A stretch of DNA of 64,000 bases from an uncultured Erysipelotrichaceae bacterium. Its GTDB lineage: Bacteria; Bacillota_I; Bacilli_A; RF39; UBA660. Both the position numbers and the translations under genes were made by a program. The stretch is from NCBI GenBank assembly GCA_948442015.1, contig CAOJRP010000002.1, positions 9,841-73,840 of the forward strand, written 5' to 3'. The notes beneath the pieces were generated by a model. It saw only the letters and a program-made list of their open reading frames with translations, was not told the DNA's origin and did not search any database. Shown here piece by piece: positions 48,658 to 59,362 of the stretch. Numbering within the stretch: position 1 is the first letter of the stretch; the number at the start of each line of letters is the position of its first letter.

Positions 48658-51204
48658 ATGGAAATGGAAACAAAGTATAATCATCAAAAAGTAGAAGAAA
48701 ATAAGTATAATAATTGGAAAGAAAAAGGGTATTTTAACTCTGGAGATAAAAACAAGCCACCTTTTTGTATTGTCATACCTCCGCCTAATGTGACAGGGAA
48801 ATTACACTTAGGTCATGCAATGAATGTTTCTATTCAAGATATTATTATTCGTTATAAAAGAATGCAAGGTTTTGATTGTTTGTGGCTACCTGGTATGGAT
48901 CATGCTGCTATTGCAACTGAAGCGAAAGTAGTTAAAAGGTTAAAAGATAAAGGTATTGATAAATATGAATACGGAAGAGATAATTTCTTAAGTGCTTGTT
49001 GGGATTGGACTCATGAATTTGGCGATAATATAAGGAGTCAATGGGCTAAAATGGGTATTTCTGTTGATTATAATAAAGAAAGATTTACTTTAGATGAAGG
49101 ATTAAATAAAGCTGTTACCAAAGTATTTGTTGATTATTATAATGAAGGAATTATTTATCGGGGTGAGAAAATAATTAATTGGGATCCAGAAGCCAAGACG
49201 GCCTTATCCAATGAAGAGGTTATTTATAAAGATGTAGAGGGAGCTTTCTATCATTTAAAATATTTTATTGAAGGAACAAATGACTATTTAGACGTAGCTA
49301 CAACAAGACCAGAAACTTTATTTGGTGATACAGCAGTAGCAGTTAATCCTGATGATGAAAGATATAAACATTTAATAGGTAAAAATGTCATTCTGCCAAT
49401 AGTTAATAAAGCAATTCCGATTATTAAAGATGAACATGCCGACCCTGAATTTGGAACAGGTGTTGTTAAAATAACTCCTGCTCATGACCCTAATGACTTT
49501 GAAGTAGGTAATCGTCATAACTTAGAACGTATTGTCGTTATGAACCCTGATGCCACAATGAATGAATTTGCTTTTAAGTATGAGGGAATGACAAGAGAAA
49601 AGTGTCGTGAAGAACTACTTAAAGATTTAGAACAAAATGGTTTACTGATTAACATTGAGCCAATGACACATTCAGTTGGTCACTCAGAAAGAACAGGAGT
49701 AATGGTCGAACCTTACTTATCAAAGCAATGGTTTGTTAAGATGGGAGAACTAGCTAAACACGTTTTAGAAACACAAGAGAAAAAAGATGAAAAAGTTAAT
49801 TTTGTTCCTGAAAGATTTGAAAAAATATTAAACCACTGGATGGAAATATCATATGATTGGTGTATTTCAAGACAACTATGGTGGGGCCATAGAATTCCTG
49901 CTTGGTATAAAGATGATGAAATATATGTAGGTATGGAAGCTCCAAAAGAGAGTGGTTGGGTTCAAGATGAAGATGTTCTTGATACTTGGTTTTCAAGTGC
50001 CTTATGGCCTTTTAGTACTCTAGGATGGCCTAATAATAGCGAAGATATGGCAAGATACTTTCCTAATGACGTTTTAGTAACAGCCTATGATATTATTTTC
50101 TTCTGGGTAGCTAGAATGGTTTTCCAAGCTGAACATATTACAGGACAAAGACCATTTAAAGATTGTATAATTCATGGTTTAATTCGTGACAAAGAGGGAC
50201 GAAAAATGTCAAAAAGTCTTGGTAATGGTGTCGACCCAATGGATATGATTGATGAATATGGTGCTGATGCTCTAAGATTTTATTTGACAACAGATGTTGC
50301 ATTAGGTACTGATTTAAGATTTGATGAAGAAAAAGTTGCTAGTACTTGGAATTTTATTAATAAGTTATGGAATGCTTCAAGATTTGTTTTACTTAATATT
50401 GAAGATTTAAAAGAAGCTAGATTAGAAAATTTAAAAATTGCAGATAAATGGCTTTTAACGAAGTATGAACGGATTATTAAAAGTATTACTAAACATATGG
50501 ATAAATATGAATTTAATCTAGCAGGTGCTGAAATATATGATTTTATCTGGAATGATTTTTGCAGTAACTATATTGAAGCAGCTAAATTTAGTATCGATAG
50601 TGAAGTGACAAAGTCAGTTTTATACGGGGTTTTATCTGGAATACTTGAAATGTTACATCCTTTTATGCCGTTTGTAACCGAAGAAATTTATAGTAAATTA
50701 CCTTTTAGAACAAGTGATTCTTTAATGATTAGTAATTATCCAAAGTATGAAGAACAATTGATTTTTGATAATGAAACAAAGAGTGTTGACAAAATATTTG
50801 AGTTTATTAGTTTATTTAGGAAATTAAAACTAGAGAATAATATTGGTAGTGATTTTGAAGTAATTACTTCTCTTAAAGAAGATTTAATTCTTAATTTATT
50901 AAAACTAAATGATAAGATAGTTACTAATTCCAAATATAATGACACTTTAGAAGTGGTATTAGATAACTATAAAATAATTATTTGCTACGATAATAGTAGT
51001 AATAGTGAGGAAGAAAAAAATGCTTTATTGAAAGAAAAAGAGAGTTTAGAGAAAAGTATTACAAGAAGAGAGAATTTACTTGCTAATGAAAATTATGTCG
51101 TTAAAGCACCAGAAAATATCGTTAACCAAGAAAGAGAAAATTTGGCAAGCGAAAAAGAAAAGTTAGCTTTAGTAGAGAATAGGTTAAAAGAATTAGGAAA
51201 CTAG
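48658..51204 (+). CDS. valS: valyl-tRNA synthetase
   Basis: PPPNVTGKLHLGH (HIGH), KMSKSLGN (KMSKS), and a C-terminal coiled coil. ATG 48658 is preferred because 48649 is too close to the RBS. Confidence 0.96.
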   Translation: MEMETKYNHQKVEENKYNNWKEKGYFNSGDKNKPPFCIVIPPPNVTGKLHLGHAMNVSIQDIIIRYKRMQGFDCLWLPGMDHAAIATEAKVVKRLKDKGIDKYEYGRDNFLSACWDWTHEFGDNIRSQWAKMGISVDYNKERFTLDEGLNKAVTKVFVDYYNEGIIYRGEKIINWDPEAKTALSNEEVIYKDVEGAFYHLKYFIEGTNDYLDVATTRPETLFGDTAVAVNPDDERYKHLIGKNVILPIVNKAIPIIKDEHADPEFGTGVVKITPAHDPNDFEVGNRHNLERIVVMNPDATMNEFAFKYEGMTREKCREELLKDLEQNGLLINIEPMTHSVGHSERTGVMVEPYLSKQWFVKMGELAKHVLETQEKKDEKVNFVPERFEKILNHWMEISYDWCISRQLWWGHRIPAWYKDDEIYVGMEAPKESGWVQDEDVLDTWFSSALWPFSTLGWPNNSEDMARYFPNDVLVTAYDIIFFWVARMVFQAEHITGQRPFKDCIIHGLIRDKEGRKMSKSLGNGVDPMDMIDEYGADALRFYLTTDVALGTDLRFDEEKVASTWNFINKLWNASRFVLLNIEDLKEARLENLKIADKWLLTKYERIIKSITKHMDKYEFNLAGAEIYDFIWNDFCSNYIEAAKFSIDSEVTKSVLYGVLSGILEMLHPFMPFVTEEIYSKLPFRTSDSLMISNYPKYEEQLIFDNETKSVDKIFEFISLFRKLKLENNIGSDFEVITSLKEDLILNLLKLNDKIVTNSKYNDTLEVVLDNYKIIICYDNSSNSEEEKNALLKEKESLEKSITRRENLLANENYVVKAPENIVNQERENLASEKEKLALVENRLKELGN

Positions 51205-51259
51205 TTCTTTAGTTTTATAAAACACATTTATTGAAACTTTTAGATAAATAGGTGATATC

Positions 51260-52897
51260 ATGAATATTAAAAATTTAACGATGACTTTTGGCTTACAGGA
51301 AATATTTGATGATGTTTCCTTACAAATAAAAGAAAAAGAAAAAGTAGGTATTATTGGAGTTAACGGAGCAGGTAAATCAACATTTTTTAAAATAATAATG
51401 GGTAAATTAGAACCTGATAGTGGAAGAGTTATTTTAAAGCCTGGGACAAGAATTGGTTTCTTACCGCAAGTTATTAGTGATGAAATAAAAAGTATGGATA
51501 TATCTGTGTTTGATTATCTTTTAGATGGAAGACCAATAAAAAAGTTAGAAGAAGAATTAAATAATGCTTATATGAAAGCTAGTACTTTAACTTCCGAGAA
51601 ACAAATTGATAATATCATGAAACAAATTTCTAAGCTTCAAGCAAAACTAGAATATTATGAAGTTTATAATGCCGAAAATATTCTTTTAAAGATAATAGAT
51701 GGCATGAATATTGATGGTGATTTAATAAATATGAAACTAGGTGATTTATCAGGTGGTCAAAAAAGTAAAATTGCTTTTGCAAGACTTCTTTATTCCAATC
51801 CCGAAATTTTATTACTTGATGAACCAACCAATCATCTAGATGCAGATAGTAAAGATTATATAATTAATTATTTAAAAAAATATAATGGAATGGTTTTGGT
51901 TATTTCTCATGATATAGAATTTTTAAGTGCTGTTACAACACAAACTTTATATATTGATAAAACACTCCATAAAATGGAACTTTATCCAGGTAATTATGAG
52001 AAATATATGAAAATCAGAAATGAACGATTAAAAACAACAGAACGTATAGCCGAGAAACAACAAATTGAAGAAGAAAAGCTAAAAAAAATAATAGCTAAAT
52101 ATATCCGTGGTAATGAGAAGAAAGCCAATATTGCTAAAGATAGACAAAAAAAGTTAGCTAAACTAGAAGCTAACAAAGTTACTTTAGAGACCAAGAAGAA
52201 AACAGCAAATTTTAAAATTAAAATCAATCAACCTAGTGGCATTGTTCCTCTAAAATGTGAAAATTTAAAGTTTGGTTATAATAAAGAACAAATATTATTT
52301 GATAATCTTACTTTTGCTTTAACAAGAGGGGAAAAATTCTTAATTGTTGGAGAAAATGGTGTTGGAAAATCAACATTATTAAAATTAATTATGAACTATT
52401 TAGAGCCGTTAGAAGGGAAAATTGATATTAATCAAAAAACAGAGATTGGCTACTATGCTCAAGAACATGAATTATTAGATAAAGATAAAACAATTTTAGA
52501 AAATTTTAGTAATTACGAGTTAAGTACCAAAAATTTAAGAAGTTTTTTAGGGAATTTTTTATTTACGGGAGATGACGTCTATAAAAAAGTGTCTTACTTA
52601 TCTCCTGGAGAAAGAAGCAGAGTTGCTTTAGCGCGCCTTGCTTTAACAGGTGCTAATTTACTTATTTTAGATGAACCAACTAATCATCTTGATCCAGAAA
52701 CTCAAGAAATGATTGCTGCAACACTCAAAGACTATGAAGGGACTATGTTAGTAGTTTCCCATAACACACATTTTGTCGATAATCTAGGAGTAGAGCGAAT
52801 GCTTTTTCTTCCTAGTGGAGAAATAAGGTACTATGATAAAGATATTGTGATTTATTATCAAGAACTACATAATCAGAGTAAATATAAAAATAAATAG
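51260..52897 (+). CDS. ABC-F family ATPase (two NBDs, no TMD)
   Basis: Two Walker A motifs (GVNGAGKST, GENGVGKST), two signature motifs (LSGGQKSK, LSPGERSR), and a charged inter-domain linker. Confidence 0.9.
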   Translation: MNIKNLTMTFGLQEIFDDVSLQIKEKEKVGIIGVNGAGKSTFFKIIMGKLEPDSGRVILKPGTRIGFLPQVISDEIKSMDISVFDYLLDGRPIKKLEEELNNAYMKASTLTSEKQIDNIMKQISKLQAKLEYYEVYNAENILLKIIDGMNIDGDLINMKLGDLSGGQKSKIAFARLLYSNPEILLLDEPTNHLDADSKDYIINYLKKYNGMVLVISHDIEFLSAVTTQTLYIDKTLHKMELYPGNYEKYMKIRNERLKTTERIAEKQQIEEEKLKKIIAKYIRGNEKKANIAKDRQKKLAKLEANKVTLETKKKTANFKIKINQPSGIVPLKCENLKFGYNKEQILFDNLTFALTRGEKFLIVGENGVGKSTLLKLIMNYLEPLEGKIDINQKTEIGYYAQEHELLDKDKTILENFSNYELSTKNLRSFLGNFLFTGDDVYKKVSYLSPGERSRVALARLALTGANLLILDEPTNHLDPETQEMIAATLKDYEGTMLVVSHNTHFVDNLGVERMLFLPSGEIRYYDKDIVIYYQELHNQSKYKNK

Positions 52898-53005
52898 CCA
52901 TGATAAAAGCATGGAAATTTTAAAATTTTTGATAATAGTGGAAAAATAACTATATAAATATTAAAAAAAAGTGATATTATATTAAAATTAGTTAGGAGTG
53001 TTGAT

Positions 53006-54202
53006 ATGGTTTTATTTGAGCAAAAATATGAAAATTTAGATAGTAATAGAAAGAAAATATATAAAGATTATTATGATAGTGCTTTTATAATATCTCATTT
53101 AACAGAATTATTAATTAATTCATTTAATAATGAATTAGAAAATTTACAACCTGTTTTTTTAGATTTTTCTTATGATAAAGATTTATATAAAAATTCTAAA
53201 ATATTACTTGCAAATATTAGAAAACAATTTTTTGCATTTGAAAATAAAATATTAATAAATATGGATAATACAGATTCTTTTTCTATAGATACACAAAAAA
53301 TACTATGTATTAGTAACCAGATTAAAGTTTATATCAATAATTTTATTAATTTATTAAATAAAACAGATGATATGTATTTAAATAATTTAGTAGATTATAT
53401 TTTTCAAGATTCTGTGACTATTTCTTCATATATTACTTACTTTACAAGACAATGTCGTCTAGATAAAAGGTTATTTGAATATAAAGATGATAGTATATCT
53501 AAAATAATTAAAAAATGTTGGTTATTTTGTGATAATACTAAAACAGATTATATGTTTCAGTATTATGATGCAAATACTCTTTCAAATTCTAAACTAACAG
53601 AATTAACAGATATAGAAAGGTTTCCTAAAAGTATTAAAGTCGAAATAAAAGAGTTTTTAATGAAAATAAAAAAATCTCAATATGGTGTCATTGAAAATAA
53701 GAATATTCTTGATAAAGAGTATGAGAGAATAATTAATTTAATAAAATATTTTATTAATCAAACAAAAAAAATAATAATTGTTCGATTAATGGAAATAAAA
53801 GAAAACATTAATCAAGAATTATTGGATTATATTTTTCCAAATATAAGTTTTAAAAATTTTAATTCTGCTTGGACATCTTTAGAAAGAAAAAGTGATGATA
53901 TACCTAATATTGATGTCAATAGAGATTTAAAAGATATTTTTGATTTATTACAAAATATTGAAGATGATAAATTAGAACAAGTAATAATGTGGTATAAAAT
54001 TATCATATATATTGCAAAAAGAATATATTCAATGAATAATACTGTAAATTATTTACAAGAAATATACAATAACTATGAAAAAGAGTTTGCTTTAGATTTA
54101 AAAATTTTAGAAGCTTATGATAATGAAGATTATGAAAGGGCATTAATGTATGAAGAACAGAAAAGCAATGGAAAAAGAGTATCTTTAAATAATTGTATAT
54201 AG
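53006..54202 (+). CDS. hypothetical cytoplasmic protein
   Basis: 398-aa ORF with RBS AGGAG. No recognised motif. Confidence 0.6.
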   Translation: MVLFEQKYENLDSNRKKIYKDYYDSAFIISHLTELLINSFNNELENLQPVFLDFSYDKDLYKNSKILLANIRKQFFAFENKILINMDNTDSFSIDTQKILCISNQIKVYINNFINLLNKTDDMYLNNLVDYIFQDSVTISSYITYFTRQCRLDKRLFEYKDDSISKIIKKCWLFCDNTKTDYMFQYYDANTLSNSKLTELTDIERFPKSIKVEIKEFLMKIKKSQYGVIENKNILDKEYERIINLIKYFINQTKKIIIVRLMEIKENINQELLDYIFPNISFKNFNSAWTSLERKSDDIPNIDVNRDLKDIFDLLQNIEDDKLEQVIMWYKIIIYIAKRIYSMNNTVNYLQEIYNNYEKEFALDLKILEAYDNEDYERALMYEEQKSNGKRVSLNNCI

Positions 54203-54434
54203 AAAAAGTAAAAAAGACATATAAAATTACCCATAATACAATAAGGATTAATAATTATTCAAGAGCTCTTTTTGATTACAAAAGTCAAACCAAGAAATTT
54301 AAAATATATAAAAAATTTACATTTTCGATATTGATTTCTACGGAATTTTAATATTCTTTTATAATTAAGTAAAAAATCATGTTTAAAGGTTCATTTAATG
54401 CTATCTTTTTGATATAATTGAAGAGGTGATATTT

Positions 54435-55853
54435 ATGGCAATAAAAAATAAAGATATAACAAGTAGAGATGATGATTTTGCAAAATGGTATACAGACATT
54501 GTTCGAAAAGCTGATTTAGTGGATTATTCCTCTGTTAAAGGAAGTATGATTATCAGGCCTTATGGTTATGCTATTTGGGAAAACATGGTTAATATTTTAG
54601 ACAAGATGTTTAAGGAACATGGTGTTTTAAATATGCAAATGCCAATGTTTATTCCAGAATCTTTACTTAATATTGAAAAAGAGCATGTCGAAGGGTTTGC
54701 ACCTGAGGTTGCTTGGGTAACACAAGGGGGTAGTGTTCCTTTAGAAGAAAAAATGTGTGTTCGTCCAACAAGTGAAGTTCTATTTTGTGAGCATTTTAAA
54801 AAAATTATAAAATCTTATCGTGATTTACCTCTTGTTTACAATCAATGGTGTACGATTGTTAGATGGGAGAAGACAACAAGACCTTTTTTAAGAAGCAGAG
54901 AAATTTTATGGCAAGAAGGACATACGATGCATGCTACGAAAGAAGAAGCAATGAGTAGGACTTTAGAAATGTTACACGTTTATGAAGATTTTCAAAGAAA
55001 TTATTTAGGTATACCAGTTATAATTGGTCCTAAAACAGACCAAGAAAAGTTTGCGGGTGCTGAAAAAACTTATTCATTAGAAGCAATGATGTATGATGGA
55101 GTAGCACTCCAAAATGGAACAAGTCATTATTTTGGCAATAAGTTTGCTCATGCTTTTGGAATTGAATTTTTAAATAAAGATAATAAGCTAGTGACACCAT
55201 ATCAAACTAGTTGGGGAGTAACTACGAGAATGTTAGGAGCTTTAATTATGGTTCATAGTGATGATAACGGACTTGTCCTACCTTCTAAAATTGCTCCAAC
55301 TAAAGTAGTAATTATCCCAATTGGTGATGTAAGTGAAACACTTGATAGTATTACAATTAGTTTAAAAGAAAATAATATTTCTTATATAGTTGATGATAGC
55401 GATAAATCACCTGGATTTAAGTTTGCGGAAAGCGAAGTTAAAGGATACCCTATAAGGCTTGAAGTTGGAACAAGAGACTTAGAAAAAGGAATAATTACTT
55501 TAGTAAGAAGAGATACTTTAGAAAAAATCGAAGTAGATATAAAAGATGATATTAGTAAAAAAATCACAGAAATTATGGAAATTATGCAAAAAGATATGTA
55601 TGAAAAAGCAAGAAACCGAAGAGACTCGATGCTTTATGAAGCTAGTACTTATGAAGAGTTCAAAGATATTGCTAAAAATAAAAGCGGCTTTATCAAAGTA
55701 AATTTCTGTGGTAGTGCAACTTGTGAAAACAAAATTAAGGATGAGACAGGTTTGAAATCAAGATGTATACTTGAGGATGAAGTAGTTAATAATAATTGTA
55801 TAGTTTGTGATCAAAAAGCGAATTATAAAATATTTTTTGGAAAACAATATTAA
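54435..55853 (+). CDS. proS: prolyl-tRNA synthetase (archaeal/eukaryote-like short form)
   Basis: DFAKWYTDIVRKADL..., class II motifs, and the C-terminal zinc-type domain CGSATCENKIK...CIVCDQKA. About 472 aa without an editing insertion. ATG 54435 sits behind GAGGTGA. Confidence 0.93.
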   Translation: MAIKNKDITSRDDDFAKWYTDIVRKADLVDYSSVKGSMIIRPYGYAIWENMVNILDKMFKEHGVLNMQMPMFIPESLLNIEKEHVEGFAPEVAWVTQGGSVPLEEKMCVRPTSEVLFCEHFKKIIKSYRDLPLVYNQWCTIVRWEKTTRPFLRSREILWQEGHTMHATKEEAMSRTLEMLHVYEDFQRNYLGIPVIIGPKTDQEKFAGAEKTYSLEAMMYDGVALQNGTSHYFGNKFAHAFGIEFLNKDNKLVTPYQTSWGVTTRMLGALIMVHSDDNGLVLPSKIAPTKVVIIPIGDVSETLDSITISLKENNISYIVDDSDKSPGFKFAESEVKGYPIRLEVGTRDLEKGIITLVRRDTLEKIEVDIKDDISKKITEIMEIMQKDMYEKARNRRDSMLYEASTYEEFKDIAKNKSGFIKVNFCGSATCENKIKDETGLKSRCILEDEVVNNNCIVCDQKANYKIFFGKQY

Positions 55854-55931
55854 AATGTGTAAAATATAAGCGTTAGTGCTTGCTATTTTATTTCATTTTG
55901 TGCTATTCTTATTATAGGATATGGTGATAGT

Positions 55932-56498
55932 ATGAATTATTCTAACATATTTAAAAAGCAAACAACTTTGATTGTTGGTTCTATATGTTTATTATTGATA
56001 GTATTTTTAGGTATTTCTTATGCTTTATTTAATAAAAATTTAGAAGGAGACAAGTTAGTTGTTACTACTGGTGATTTAAAAGTTACATATACAGGAGGAA
56101 ATCAAATTGGTGGAGATATAATACCTTTATCAGATGCTGATGGTAAAGCAAATGGTTCGTTGTATTCATTTTCAATCAATAATAATGGTACAATCAATTC
56201 TTCTTACACTATTTCCATTTCGGCAGATTCCACTATAACAGGTACTAAATTACCTCATCAATATATTAAAGTTAGTTATGATGGTGAAAATCCTGTGGCA
56301 TTAAATTCTTTAACCAAAATGTCAGGAAGTAATGAAAATGACGCTGTTTACCTGTTAAAACAAAGTGGTATTGTTACTGGAGCTACGGAAAATCATACTT
56401 TAAGAGTATGGATAAGCGATAGTGTACCGACTAGCGTCGTGGGGAATGTCGTCGCCTTAAAAATAAAAGTTTTAAGTGAAGTAAATGGTGCTAAGTAG
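55932..56498 (+). CDS. small secreted protein with a TasA/SipW-type-like N-terminus (paralog of the N-domain of 22892..24175)
   Basis: TTLIVGSICLLLIVFLGISYALFNKN...TTGDLKVTY...YSFSINNNGTINSSYTISI...HTLRVWISD. Confidence 0.6.
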   Translation: MNYSNIFKKQTTLIVGSICLLLIVFLGISYALFNKNLEGDKLVVTTGDLKVTYTGGNQIGGDIIPLSDADGKANGSLYSFSINNNGTINSSYTISISADSTITGTKLPHQYIKVSYDGENPVALNSLTKMSGSNENDAVYLLKQSGIVTGATENHTLRVWISDSVPTSVVGNVVALKIKVLSEVNGAK

Positions 56499-56525
56499 AA
56501 CACGCGAAAGTAGTGTTCTTTTTTA
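56497..56525 (+). terminator. intrinsic terminator
   Basis: agaacac-gcgaaagta-gtgttct hairpin followed by T6. Confidence 0.7.
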
Positions 56526-56645
56526 TATAATTAAAAATATTACTTTAAAAAAGAGGAAATTGGGAAAAAAACGATAATATATAAGTAAGGACAGAAAGTG
56601 ACAAATTATTAAAAAATAGTTTGCTATCATCTAAATGGTGATAAA

Positions 56646-57092
56646 ATGAAAAAAGTAATTATAACAGTAGTTTTTGCCTTACTAGTTGGTACAGTTTTTG
56701 GGATTTTATACTTTAAAAATACGAAAGATAATATAGCTGATGCCCTATCTTTAGATAACGAAGCAATAGCTTTTCAAGTTGGAGTATTTAGAAAACTAGA
56801 AAATGCCCAAAATGAGGTAGTAAAATATTCTAGTGGAACAATTATTGCTGATGGGGAATTTTATCGTATATTTATTGCAATCTCTAATGACCAAGAAACA
56901 GTAAATAAATTAAAAGAATACTATGACTCAAAAAAAATTAATTACTATTTAAAAAATATTACTATTCCTGATGAGTTTATGCCCACATTTACAAATTATC
57001 AAGAAGTATTGTTAAAAACAACTTCCTATGATGAAGTAAATAAAAATTTATTAAAGGAGTATCGTGAAGTAATAAATGGAGTATATAATTAA
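56646..57092 (+). CDS. membrane-anchored SPOR-like domain protein
   Basis: N-terminal TM segment, then AFQVGVFRKLENAQNEVVKY...GEFYRIFIAISNDQETVNKLKEYY (SPOR-type beta-alpha-beta pattern). Confidence 0.45.
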   Translation: MKKVIITVVFALLVGTVFGILYFKNTKDNIADALSLDNEAIAFQVGVFRKLENAQNEVVKYSSGTIIADGEFYRIFIAISNDQETVNKLKEYYDSKKINYYLKNITIPDEFMPTFTNYQEVLLKTTSYDEVNKNLLKEYREVINGVYN

Positions 57093-57759
57093 AAAATTAC
57101 CTTTAGAAACAAGACCTAGAGAAAAGCTAAAAAAATTTGGTCCTAGTGTTCTTACTAATGAAGAGTTATTAGCTATTATTTTAAGAAATGGAACAAAAGA
57201 TAAAAATGTTTTATCAGTAGCAAGAGAAATTCTTCTGACACTCGGATTAGATAATATTAATAGTGAATCTTTAAATAAATTAAAGAAAATAAAAGGCGTT
57301 GGAGAAGTGAAAGCTCTAACTCTTTTAGCAGCTTTAGAACTAGGTAAAAGAAGTTTAAATATGAGTGATAATTATAATAAAAAGATAATTAAAAATAGTG
57401 ATGATGCTTATCGTTACTTTAAAGATGAATTAGAAAATAGCAAACAAGAGAAATTAATTGCTATCTTTTTAGATACTAAAAAAAGGGTTATTAATTCGAA
57501 AATAATTTTTATTGGCACTTTAGATCAAAGTCTTGTCCATCCAAGAGATATTTTTAGAGAAGCACTAGAAGCTAATGCCAAAAGTCTTATTATAATGCAT
57601 AATCATCCAACAGGAGAAATAGCTCCTAGTATGGAAGATGATCTTTTCACTTCTAAATTAGTTAGTACAGGGAAAATAGTTGGAATTTTAGTTATAGATC
57701 ACTTAATAATTGGTCATAATAAATATTATAGTTATAGTGATCGAGGAATGATAGAATGA
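57076..57759 (+). CDS. radC: RadC-family JAB/MPN domain protein
   Basis: ETRPREKL...LTNEELLAIILRNG...GVGEVKA...MHNHPTGE. Confidence 0.92.
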   Translation: MEYIIKKLPLETRPREKLKKFGPSVLTNEELLAIILRNGTKDKNVLSVAREILLTLGLDNINSESLNKLKKIKGVGEVKALTLLAALELGKRSLNMSDNYNKKIIKNSDDAYRYFKDELENSKQEKLIAIFLDTKKRVINSKIIFIGTLDQSLVHPRDIFREALEANAKSLIIMHNHPTGEIAPSMEDDLFTSKLVSTGKIVGILVIDHLIIGHNKYYSYSDRGMIE

Positions 57760-58379
57760 ATAAAAATAAAATTTTACTCTTTATGTTCTCTTTTATAGTT
57801 ATCGGCGTTTATACGATTGTTAATTATTATTTGATAAATGTATCCGAAAATCAGTCTAATATAAGTGAATACATTAATAAAGATTTAGAAAACAAGTATG
57901 AAACTTTACTTGATGAACAAAATATTAGCTATAACAGGGATGTCATCGGATGTCTTGTAATTGAAAGAAATATTTACAATTTCTTTGATGAAATTATTAT
58001 TAATAAGGGAAGTAGTGAAGGTATAGAAAAAGGGATGGCTGTAATTAATAGTAAGGGTCTAGTAGGAGTAATAAGTAAGACACTTGATCATACTAGCTAT
58101 GTTGATTTAATTACGAGTGGAGATTTATCTATATCAGTAAAAGTAAATAACAGTTATGGGATATTAAAAAATGGTCATATAACAAATATTGTTAATTATT
58201 CTGATATAGATGAAGGGACACCTATTTATACATCGGGTTTAACAAAAGTAGCAGAAGGTATAAAAGTCGGAGACGTAAGAAAAGTTTCCTTAGATAAATA
58301 TCAGTTAGAAAAAATTATTGATGTTGATATAAATTCTTTAGAAAATTTAAACTTTGTTTACGTTATCACAGGAGATTAA
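57756..58379 (+). CDS. mreC: rod shape-determining protein MreC (short form)
   Basis: TM anchor, then INKGSSEGIEKGMAVINSKGLVGVISKTLDHTSYVDLITS...PIYTSGL. Confidence 0.8.
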   Translation: MNKNKILLFMFSFIVIGVYTIVNYYLINVSENQSNISEYINKDLENKYETLLDEQNISYNRDVIGCLVIERNIYNFFDEIIINKGSSEGIEKGMAVINSKGLVGVISKTLDHTSYVDLITSGDLSISVKVNNSYGILKNGHITNIVNYSDIDEGTPIYTSGLTKVAEGIKVGDVRKVSLDKYQLEKIIDVDINSLENLNFVYVITGD

Positions 58380-58380
58380 A

Positions 58381-58764
58381 ATGATTTATAATATTTTATT
58401 AGATGCTATGGTTTATAATTTTACTAGTTTTCATTCCTATTTTTTCTTAACTAATTTAAAAAGTATCTCTGTAAAAGAACTATTTATAGCTATAATTATC
58501 TTATTTTTTCTAACTACTAATTTAATTCTTCCCATCTACTTAGTAATAATGTACATAATAAATAAAAAAATAAAGCTTAATATCAATAGATTAAAAAATA
58601 ATCTTCTTCTCAATCTTTTAAATTATTTCTTCTTTGTTTTAGTTTTTTCTTTAATATTTAATAAACCACTACTAAATACTATTATTTTATCATTGCCAAT
58701 TAATCTTTGTTTCTTCCTTTTAAGTTATATGTTTTTATTTCGCAGCATAAACTTAAATAGGTGA
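58381..58764 (+). CDS. mreD: MreD-like membrane protein
   Basis: Small polytopic protein directly after mreC. ATG 58381 follows the mreC stop by 1 nt. The call is by position. Confidence 0.55.
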   Translation: MIYNILLDAMVYNFTSFHSYFFLTNLKSISVKELFIAIIILFFLTTNLILPIYLVIMYIINKKIKLNINRLKNNLLLNLLNYFFFVLVFSLIFNKPLLNTIILSLPINLCFFLLSYMFLFRSINLNR

Positions 58765-58768
58765 TTAA

Positions 58769-59362
58769 ATGAATAATAATATATATACTAGTAAATTTAA
58801 AAATGCAAAGAGTAAAACAAGTAGTAATAGAATTAGTAAAATTTTTACCAAAGTATTAATTAGTATCATCTTTTTTTTAGTTTCAATGATTTATATTAAC
58901 TTTAATAGTACTAATAAAGAATTATTTAAAAAATATTTTTTTGAAGAAAACTTTAATTTTAATTATTTTACTAATCTGTATAATAAATATTTTGGGGAAA
59001 TACTTCCTCCTTCAGAAGATATAACTGATGATAAGATGGTCTTTAATGAGACGATGACTTATAAAAATATCGAAAAGTACCAAGATGGTTTTAGTTTAGA
59101 AGTAGAACAAAATGAACTTATACCTATTTTGCAAAGTGGCTTAATAGTATTTGCGGGAGTTAAAGAAAACTATGGTAATACAATTATCATTCAAGGAATA
59201 GATGGAGTTGATATTTGGTACTCAAATGTTAATTTAGAAGGATATAAATTATATGATTATGTTGAAAAAGGAAAAATTTTAGGTTCTGCGATAGATACTC
59301 ATATTAACTTAGTATTCAATAAAAATGGTACTTATTTAGGATATGAAGAATACATTAATTAA
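58769..59362 (+). CDS. membrane-anchored degenerate M23/LytM-domain protein (SpoIVFA-like)
   Basis: TM segment, then GLIVFAGVKENYGNTIIIQGIDGVDIWYSNVNLEGYKLYDYVEKGKILG. No HxxxD/HxH metal ligands are visible. Sits before an M50 protease gene. Confidence 0.6.
   Translation: MNNNIYTSKFKNAKSKTSSNRISKIFTKVLISIIFFLVSMIYINFNSTNKELFKKYFFEENFNFNYFTNLYNKYFGEILPPSEDITDDKMVFNETMTYKNIEKYQDGFSLEVEQNELIPILQSGLIVFAGVKENYGNTIIIQGIDGVDIWYSNVNLEGYKLYDYVEKGKILGSAIDTHINLVFNKNGTYLGYEEYIN

Noticed and set aside
51260-52897. The ABC-F protein as an antibiotic-resistance (ARE) ribosome-protection factor.
   Set aside because: Housekeeping and ARE subfamilies cannot be distinguished from the sequence by eye. This needs phylogenetic placement and linker comparison.
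54203-54434. Possible T-box or other leader upstream of proS.
   Set aside because: No T-box motif (GGTGGTACCGCG-like), specifier stem elements or terminator/antiterminator pair is seen. The region is simply AT-rich with promoter-like sequence.
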